DNA of 33,140 nucleotides from Aquirufa sp. (GTDB lineage: Bacteria; Bacteroidota; Bacteroidia; Cytophagales; Spirosomataceae), in assembly GCA_044338355.1 (NCBI GenBank), contig JBIILT010000001.1, forward strand, positions 1 through 33,140, in the 5' to 3' direction. The notes under the pieces are model-generated. The model searched no databases. It saw only the letters and a list, made by a program, of their open reading frames with translations, and was not told where the DNA came from. This document shows positions 27,349-33,140 of the stretch, piece after piece (within the stretch, counting starts at the first letter, position 1; the number at the start of each line of letters is the position of its first letter). Both the position numbers and the translations under genes were made by a program.

Positions 27349-28191
27349 ATGAAAGCGAAATTAGAAGATATTGCCTCCGAAAAAGGGCATTCCAGTTTTT
27401 ATGCCTATCGGTTTCGTGTCCCCTTTTTTGAATTTAAATGGCACTACCATCCTGAGTACGAATTGACATGTATTATAAAAGGAAAAGGTCACCGCATTGT
27501 AGGCAATTCCTATGAGCAATTTGTGGAAGGTGATTTAGTTTTATTGGGGACTAATTTGCCTCACACATGGTCCAATAAATTAAATGACGCTAGCCATTCT
27601 GAGGCCGTCGTTATTCAATTTTCAAAGGAATTAATCTCCCCCTTTATCGGGCTTAACGAAGGGCATTTGATAAAGCATATGTTAGAGGCTTCGGCTAGGG
27701 GAATGCGATTTGAGGCGGATGAAACATTTGGCTTAAAAATGCTCGAATTAACCGAGAGCAAAGGGATGGAAAGAATCACAAAATTAATTTCCTTATTAGA
27801 TGATTTATCCCAAAAAACAGCTGCCATTATTGCCCCTAATACATTTCACAATATCGTCTCTAAGAAAAGTGAAATGCGAATAAATACCGTTTGCGTCCAT
27901 ATCCAGAATAACTTTTACAACAACTTGTCTCTAAAAGAAGTGGCCGACCTGATAAGTCTAACGGAAAGTAATTTTTGCAAGTTTTTTAAAAAGGCAACTG
28001 GGACAACTTATTCTAATTATTTAAATGAAATAAGGATAAATGAGGCGAGTAGAATGTTAGTACAAACAGATAAAACTATTAGCCAAATATGCTTTGAATG
28101 TGGTTTCGAAACCTTGAGTTATTTTAATCGAGTATTTTTGAAAAAGAAGACGATTACACCTTCTTATTACAAAAAACTTCATTCAAAATAA
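27349..28191 (+). CDS. AraC family transcriptional regulator
   Basis: WHYHPEYEL cupin domain, GDLVLLGTNLPH, FCKFFKKATG and CGFETLSYFNRVF. Divergent from GH127-GH13. Confidence 0.95.
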   Translation: MKAKLEDIASEKGHSSFYAYRFRVPFFEFKWHYHPEYELTCIIKGKGHRIVGNSYEQFVEGDLVLLGTNLPHTWSNKLNDASHSEAVVIQFSKELISPFIGLNEGHLIKHMLEASARGMRFEADETFGLKMLELTESKGMERITKLISLLDDLSQKTAAIIAPNTFHNIVSKKSEMRINTVCVHIQNNFYNNLSLKEVADLISLTESNFCKFFKKATGTTYSNYLNEIRINEASRMLVQTDKTISQICFECGFETLSYFNRVFLKKKTITPSYYKKLHSK

Positions 28192-28286
28192 GGCTATCCT
28201 TTCATTCAATGCCGCCATTTTCATTTGTAAAATTTCGATTTTTAGACAATTTTCGGTTAATTTATTATTCTAACTCACTTATATCA

Positions 28287-29084
28287 ATGTCCACATTAAA
28301 AAGAATTTATAAAAGAAACACGCACAATGCATTTTTTAAAGCATTGGCGGGCTTTGGCAGAGTTTTAAACAGATTGTATGAAAATAAGAACTACGATCTT
28401 TACAGTAATGGGGAAGTAACTATTTTGCAAAAAATAGCTACACTGAATCCCTCGGTGATCATTGATGGCGGCGCGAATGTGGGAGATTACTCAATCATCG
28501 CAAATCAAGTGATGCCTAATTGCAAAATATATGCCTTTGAACCCGTAGAATCTACCTTTCAACAATTTCTTACTAATACGAAGGGCTTACAAAATGTCAT
28601 TCCGATAAAAAAGGGCTTTTTCAAAGAGACCTGTACATCAGAAATAAATCTATTTGATTCACATGAACATTGCTCCATTTACGATTTTGAAGGACTAGCA
28701 ACGAGTGCAGAGCAGAAGCAAACGATAGAGCTCGTGAGTGGTGATGATTTCATCAAAGAGAATAACATAGAAACGATTGACTTTCTAAAGCTCGATGTGG
28801 AAGGGGCTGAATTTGATGCTTTGCTTGGATTTGAAAAAGCAATTAAGAGTGGCAAAGTCAAGCTTATTCAATTTGAATATGGGTATATTAATATCTCTAC
28901 TAAGAAGTTACTCATTGATTATTATCAGTTCTTTGAAGCGCACGGTTACTTAGTGGGTAAAGTTTTCCCTAAGAATGTTGAATTCAGAGATTACCATTTT
29001 AAGCACGAAGATTTTATTGGGCCTAATTTTGTAGCTGTCAAAAAATCCGAAACTGCGCTGATTAACCTATTAAGCAAAAGTTAA
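28287..29084 (+). CDS. FkbM family methyltransferase
   Basis: Start reassigned to 28287. IIDGGANVG, AFEP, LKLDVEGAE and IQFEYG. Confidence 0.92.
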   Translation: MSTLKRIYKRNTHNAFFKALAGFGRVLNRLYENKNYDLYSNGEVTILQKIATLNPSVIIDGGANVGDYSIIANQVMPNCKIYAFEPVESTFQQFLTNTKGLQNVIPIKKGFFKETCTSEINLFDSHEHCSIYDFEGLATSAEQKQTIELVSGDDFIKENNIETIDFLKLDVEGAEFDALLGFEKAIKSGKVKLIQFEYGYINISTKKLLIDYYQFFEAHGYLVGKVFPKNVEFRDYHFKHEDFIGPNFVAVKKSETALINLLSKS

Positions 29085-29561
29085 TTTGCCATAAAGCGCT
29101 GCTAGCTTCGACTTCTGAGCCACTAATACTGCTCCCTCAATACTGGCTTTTTTAGCCTTCCATAATGCCGGCATCGAAACCTTCCCTCGCGAAAGGGAAT
29201 ACATCCAGAATAAATCGATGAAATTAAGGAAGAGATTAGCTCGATAAAAGGTGGATGCCTTTTCTATTTGAAACCCTAATTTTTGCAAGGTTCTGTCGTT
29301 GAAAAAATACGATGTCCCTACAATCGTCACCGATTCTGGAACCTGCTTGTTTTCAATCAAGGAAATGAGGTGCAATAACCCTTCCAAATGATACCCAAGA
29401 AGTCTGTTTCTTAATTCAATTCCGGGCTTATATTTTCTTAGCACAAACAGATGATCAAAGCCTTTTTCGATGATCAATACCGCTAGAAAAAAACCAGCCA
29501 AAAGAAAGAGAATGGATTCAATCCACACCAAGGCTTTTGGCTGTTTATAATAATCATTCAT
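29070..29561 (-). CDS. Hypothetical membrane-associated protein (possibly internally deleted)
   Basis: 163-aa ORF with an N-terminal TM segment and VGTSYFF..RT..KLGF motif; overlaps the FkbM 3' end by 15 nt. Confidence 0.7.
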   Translation of the reverse strand: MNDYYKQPKALVWIESILFLLAGFFLAVLIIEKGFDHLFVLRKYKPGIELRNRLLGYHLEGLLHLISLIENKQVPESVTIVGTSYFFNDRTLQKLGFQIEKASTFYRANLFLNFIDLFWMYSLSRGKVSMPALWKAKKASIEGAVLVAQKSKLAALYGKLTFA

Positions 29562-29587
29562 TCCTTATTTTTTATGCGCAATTGAAC

Positions 29588-29689
29588 TTAACTTAATAAT
29601 GACTTGATTGCATCTCTAAAAATCAAGGATAGAAATACAAGAACGCCCACCACAACTTCTTTTCGATACTTTTTTAAAAATTGATTCAT
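29588..29689 (-). CDS. Putative 33-aa single-pass membrane microprotein
   Basis: MNQFLKKYRKEVVVGVLVFLSLIFRDAIKSLLS*. Starts 5 nt after the upstream stop and fills the gap between two co-oriented genes. Confidence 0.5.
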   Translation of the reverse strand: MNQFLKKYRKEVVVGVLVFLSLIFRDAIKSLLS

Positions 29690-29694
29690 ACTAA

Positions 29695-29982
29695 TTATAC
29701 AACTCTTTTTCTACCAAGCAACAAATAAACGATGCCAGCAATGGTGCCTAAAAACCCTATAAAAATGAAGGCGATAGTCCACATGATTTTTTCATTTTTA
29801 TCGATTCTTTCAGAGCGCCAAACTTCTGACAATGCACTTACAACAAAAACCCCATTTGTTACCATTCCCACAATCAAAAGTTGTTCCGCACCAGGTAAGT
29901 GTAAAATCTTCATAAATGCACCTACTAGCACCAAAACCAAGCTGATGAAAAAGCTCCATGTAACAATCCTTCCTAGATTCAT
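29695..29982 (-). CDS. Small membrane protein, GldL N-terminal-like plus PLDc_N-like segment
   Basis: LVGAFMKILHLPGAEQLLIVGM (GldL-N-like) followed by EKIMWTIAFIF...GIVYLLLGRK. Confidence 0.75.
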   Translation of the reverse strand: MNLGRIVTWSFFISLVLVLVGAFMKILHLPGAEQLLIVGMVTNGVFVVSALSEVWRSERIDKNEKIMWTIAFIFIGFLGTIAGIVYLLLGRKRVV

Positions 29983-30078
29983 TGCGAATTATCTGATTTA
30001 AAAATCAAATTAAATGATAAACAATTACATAACCATAAGTCAGATTATTTATCTTGTTTCTCTAAACCAATCAAACCC

Positions 30079-30585
30079 TTGAAACAAGTTGACATCATCG
30101 CCCATTATTTCGAGAATGACGGAGATATTCCGAACAATATTCTCCCTGTGGTCATCTACAAAAATGCCCTTCAGTACGTTATAAATAAGGACTTTGAACA
30201 TTTATTTTGCCAAAATGGTTGGTCAAATAATTGGCACGATATCATATTAACTGAGGACCATTTTCACAGCAATACCCATGAAGTTTTAGGGTTACAAAGT
30301 GGTCAAGTGAGCTTAATGCTGGGAGGTAAAAATGGGAAAATAGTTTTGGTTGAAACTGGGGATGTTGTCATTTTACCCGCTGGGGTTGGACATTATTCAG
30401 TCGACAATTCTGTTGCATATCAATTTGTGGGTGGCTATCCTAACGGGGCTGATTGGGACCTAAAGTTTAGTTTAAAAAAGGAAGACAGCCATTCTATTTT
30501 GGCAGAAATCGCGAATATTGCTCTTCCAGATAAAGACCCTCTTTTTGGCATCGATGGCCCGATTTTAACGTATTGGAAATGCTAA
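30079..30585 (+). CDS. Cupin domain protein (YjlB-like)
   Basis: IPNN.LPV..Y, NGWSNNW, HFHSNTHEVLG, GDVVILPAGVGH and VGGYP; TTG start. Confidence 0.88.
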   Translation: MKQVDIIAHYFENDGDIPNNILPVVIYKNALQYVINKDFEHLFCQNGWSNNWHDIILTEDHFHSNTHEVLGLQSGQVSLMLGGKNGKIVLVETGDVVILPAGVGHYSVDNSVAYQFVGGYPNGADWDLKFSLKKEDSHSILAEIANIALPDKDPLFGIDGPILTYWKC

Positions 30586-30607
30586 ATTAAGCGTACTTTT
30601 GTGAATC

Positions 30608-31390
30608 ATGCATAGAAAAATTCCCCTGTTTTTAGCTTTTTTATTTGTTTCTTGTCAATTTTCATTAGCACAAAATAATCGCTTAACAACCTCGAATACC
30701 ATTGGTTGGTACAATTATTTTGGCACATTCAAATTATCAGAAAAGACCGGTATTCACACAGAATATCAATGGCGAAGAAACGACCTAATTTCAAATTGGC
30801 AACAAGGCCTATTGCGACTTGGGCTAAACTACAATGTGACACCAAGGGTCCTATTTAGAGTAGGGTATGCGTGGGCTGAAACGTTTCCCTATGGGGAATA
30901 CGCTCTCAATAAATTAGGTAGAGAATTTACAGAACATCGTATTTTCGAAATGGTTCAACTATCTCATAAAGAGGGCATTGTAGATATTTCACACCGATTT
31001 ATGTTAGAACAAAGATTTATCGGGCGATATAGTTCAGCGAATGAAATAACCGAAGACGAGTATCCGCTATCGAACAGGGGCAGGTATATGGTTCGCCTTC
31101 AAGTTCCTTTACGTGGTCGAGAGATAAAGGATAAAACAGCCTACTTTGCGGTATATGATGAGGTACTTGTTGGGTTTGGGGAAAATGTAAATGCTAATGT
31201 ATTTGACCAAAATAGAATTGGCATTTTGCTCGGTTATCGTTTCAATAAAACCCTCCGAATTGAAGGAGGATATTTAAACCAAACACTACAATTAGGTAGA
31301 CAAATAAATGGCTTAAATGTATTCCAAAATAATAATGGATTAATCATCAACGCCAACTTCAATTTTGATCTATCAAAACCAAACGATTAA
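30608..31390 (+). CDS. DUF2490 family outer-membrane beta-barrel protein
   Basis: Signal peptide, EYQWRR, QQGLLR.G, EHR, HRFMLEQR and FDQNR. A TACTTTTG -7 element lies at 30594-30601. Confidence 0.88.
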   Translation: MHRKIPLFLAFLFVSCQFSLAQNNRLTTSNTIGWYNYFGTFKLSEKTGIHTEYQWRRNDLISNWQQGLLRLGLNYNVTPRVLFRVGYAWAETFPYGEYALNKLGREFTEHRIFEMVQLSHKEGIVDISHRFMLEQRFIGRYSSANEITEDEYPLSNRGRYMVRLQVPLRGREIKDKTAYFAVYDEVLVGFGENVNANVFDQNRIGILLGYRFNKTLRIEGGYLNQTLQLGRQINGLNVFQNNNGLIINANFNFDLSKPND

Positions 31391-31413
31391 ATCACATAGA
31401 AACTTCAATGTGC

Positions 31414-31511
31414 AGAGCCTCTGGTAAAATTACCGGAGGCTTTTTTATTACATTATTTATTGAAAAAATAATATGTTTTTGTTTACGGTTTCAAAATGAT
31501 ACTTATATTTG
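31414..31511 (+). repeat. 98-bp terminator+operator+promoter module, copy B
   Basis: Hairpin AGCCTCTGGTA/TACCGGAGGCT with T-tail, TTTG, GGTTTCA-AAA-TGATACT (31487-31503) and TATATTTG. The 21-mer TCAAAATGATACTTATATTTG is identical to copy A. Confidence 0.88.
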
Positions 31512-31542
31512 AACAAATCTTTTCACCATAAACATTCAAAAA

Positions 31543-32283
31543 ATGAAAAAACAATTATTAATGGTAGCATTGACTTTAATAAGCTTTGCGCCATTCGCTC
31601 AACAAAAAACGAATACCATGAATTCCGCTTTTTGGAAAGTTAAAATGGGGCATTCTCCCTCTTTTGTTGATGCCACCGAAACATTTTTAACTAAATTTTT
31701 TCCGACAAAAGACGGCAAACCTCAAGTTTACGGATATAATATTACCGGGGGTAAACACCACGGAGAGCAATTGTTTTTAACCAATGTAGGGAAAAGCTTT
31801 GCTGATAGAGATGTGGTAACTCCCCCTACTATTGATAATATAAGATGGGGTGATAATTGGAACGCAACTATTGCGCCCCATATTGAAAGTATGACCAGTG
31901 ATATTTTAGTCTTTAAGCCTGAAATGTCTAACATCAGCGCGGACGAAAAGGCAGAAAAATTTGTGAACACGGAATGGACGGTTACCAATAGTTCCAAAGC
32001 GTTTAATGATGTCTTACTAAAAATGCCAAAAATTTGGAATAAACTAGGAAGAAAAATAGGGATTTGGGTGACATTTACGGGGGAAACTAGATATTATATC
32101 GTTAGATATTTGCCTACTGGATGGAAAGATTTAGACGATGCAAAAGATTCAGATTTTGCTATTGCTTGGGATGAAGTATATGGTAAAGGTTCTTGGGAAA
32201 AAGACGGTGTGATTTTTGCTAATGGATGGACTAGAACCGATCGTTTTATGATGACCTTAAATAAAAGATTAACTAGTAAGTAA
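31543..32283 (+). CDS. Exported hypothetical protein, probably two tandem dimeric alpha+beta barrel-like domains
   Basis: 246 aa with a signal peptide. The two halves share a beta-helix-beta-beta-(S/G)(F/W)xDxD pattern; the fold is an inference. Confidence 0.75.
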   Translation: MKKQLLMVALTLISFAPFAQQKTNTMNSAFWKVKMGHSPSFVDATETFLTKFFPTKDGKPQVYGYNITGGKHHGEQLFLTNVGKSFADRDVVTPPTIDNIRWGDNWNATIAPHIESMTSDILVFKPEMSNISADEKAEKFVNTEWTVTNSSKAFNDVLLKMPKIWNKLGRKIGIWVTFTGETRYYIVRYLPTGWKDLDDAKDSDFAIAWDEVYGKGSWEKDGVIFANGWTRTDRFMMTLNKRLTSK

Positions 32284-32306
32284 ATAGGTATCAATAGAGA
32301 GGTTAT

Positions 32307-32350
32307 TTAAACAGAAAAGCCGATCGTTTCCGATCGGCTTTTCTGTTTAA
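32307..32350. terminator. Bidirectional terminator, 20-bp perfect stem
   Basis: TTAAACAGAAAAGCCGATCG-tttc-CGATCGGCTTTTCTGTTTAA between convergent genes. Confidence 0.9.
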
Positions 32351-32382
32351 TACCCTAAAATAGTGTAAGGAATCCCTTAAAA

Positions 32383-33140
32383 TTATTTCTTAGCAGTTGT
32401 CGTTTTTAGAATCTTTAAAATAGGTGCATATGAGAAGCCATCAGGCATATAAGTCCCCATTTTAGATTTTTGTAATAATTCCGAATATCCGGGAATATTT
32501 AAGCCTATTCTGTATTTCATTAAATCTTCTAAACTGGAAAAAGCATCCCAAGACATGATTGTACTATGGCTAGATTCCAAAGTAGGGAAAGTCAATCTTC
32601 TCGCAACACCCCAAATTTTCATATTCATTTTTCCCATATTTTTTACATAGAATGGCTTCCACAATGCTTTATTTTCTGCAATAAAGCCAGATACATTTGC
32701 AGGTCTTCCAAAGTTAAATTGAACATACGTTGCATTACCAGGATCATAAGCTTCGTCCTCTGCAACATAAATATTTCTTTCATCTTTCACCCATTTATAT
32801 GATGCACCTAGTTTATTTCGTTGTTCAATTTCAGCTGGTGTAAGTACTTTATCGGCATAGTTCCACCAAGCAGACTTTGCGCTCAATAATTCATCAATGT
32901 TATTTGCCCACTGTGCAAAAACATAATTATACTCCCCTGGAGAATCTAGTTGATTAAGTTTTTGGACTTTAGACAAGGACCAATAAAGGATGTCCCCTTT
33001 GTTTACGGCCTCTTGGGCTACTTTTGCATTAAATTCTGTTTCTGCTTTTTCAAAGGCCTCTAAGTTGCCTTCAATTCTTACAGCATGTAAAGCAAATACG
33101 CGTTGGGCATTTGCCACATGTACCGTACATAATACGGCAA
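32383..33140 (-). CDS. Exported hypothetical protein with two-repeat architecture (5' end beyond window)
   Basis: The frame is open to the window edge: ..AVLCTVHVANA-QRVF (signal peptidase site). Two similar halves (F...E.....K......G....W.L / F..E....WKP......W.V). Confidence 0.8.
   Translation of the reverse strand, partial: AVLCTVHVANAQRVFALHAVRIEGNLEAFEKAETEFNAKVAQEAVNKGDILYWSLSKVQKLNQLDSPGEYNYVFAQWANNIDELLSAKSAWWNYADKVLTPAEIEQRNKLGASYKWVKDERNIYVAEDEAYDPGNATYVQFNFGRPANVSGFIAENKALWKPFYVKNMGKMNMKIWGVARRLTFPTLESSHSTIMSWDAFSSLEDLMKYRIGLNIPGYSELLQKSKMGTYMPDGFSYAPILKILKTTTAKK

Noticed and set aside
29695-29982. Calling this gene gldL (gliding motor)
   Set aside because: Only the TM hairpin resembles GldL; the cytoplasmic domain and gldK/M/N neighbours are absent.
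29987-30049. Imperfect inverted repeat AATTATCTGATTTA / TAAGTCAGATTATT in the divergent intergenic region, as a possible invertible promoter
   Set aside because: 12/14 match in very AT-rich DNA, no recombinase nearby and no clear promoter inside.
10825-31511. 98-bp module read as integron attC, IS ends or CRISPR repeat
   Set aside because: Only two copies, no integrase, transposase or cas gene, no GTTRRRY-bounded attC structure, and no spacer array.
418-32802. Numerous 60-95 aa ORFs nested in or antisense to long genes (e.g. 418-612, 3881-4138, 15456-15895, 20349-20600, 31728-31997)
   Set aside because: Shadow frames of well-supported genes with no recognisable motifs.

Overview
33-kb chromosomal window from a Bacteroidota bacterium. 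The evidence is TAnnTTTG -7 promoters, MKK-type signal peptides, and SusC-style TonB receptor, GldL-like and DUF2490 genes. A Cytophagales/Spirosomataceae (Aquirufa-like) origin is my inference. It is a mosaic of metabolic genes and accessory patches. The metabolic genes are the end of a DUF1501/planctomycete-cytochrome locus, a TonB receptor facing a Rieske lipoprotein across two Fur-like boxes, a PqaA hydrolase, a TIM-barrel isomerase, an alginate lyase, Gfo/Idh/MocA, a PVC-type heme protein, GH20 and tdh-kbl. The accessory patches hold two toxin-antitoxin pairs (YefM-YoeB; HTH-Panacea/DUF4065 plus a RelE-like toxin), an AraC-GH127-GH13 block, FkbM and several uncharacterised exported proteins. 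I saw no rRNA, tRNA, CRISPR array, integrase or transposase. The most notable signal is a 98-bp terminator+operator+promoter module present twice in inverted orientation about 20.5 kb apart (75/98 identical by hand count, with a 21-bp perfect core). One copy lies directly behind a Cys-containing HxlR/DUF24 regulator, and both drive unrelated exported proteins of unknown function, suggesting an uncharacterised redox/electrophile-responsive envelope regulon. Features absent from the ORF track include a decayed duplicate of a small lipoprotein gene, a membrane-protein gene broken by a 5-bp tandem duplication, an AraC C-terminal remnant, a 33-aa micro-ORF and a triple TGTACA operator. All family calls come from motif recognition, not database searches.
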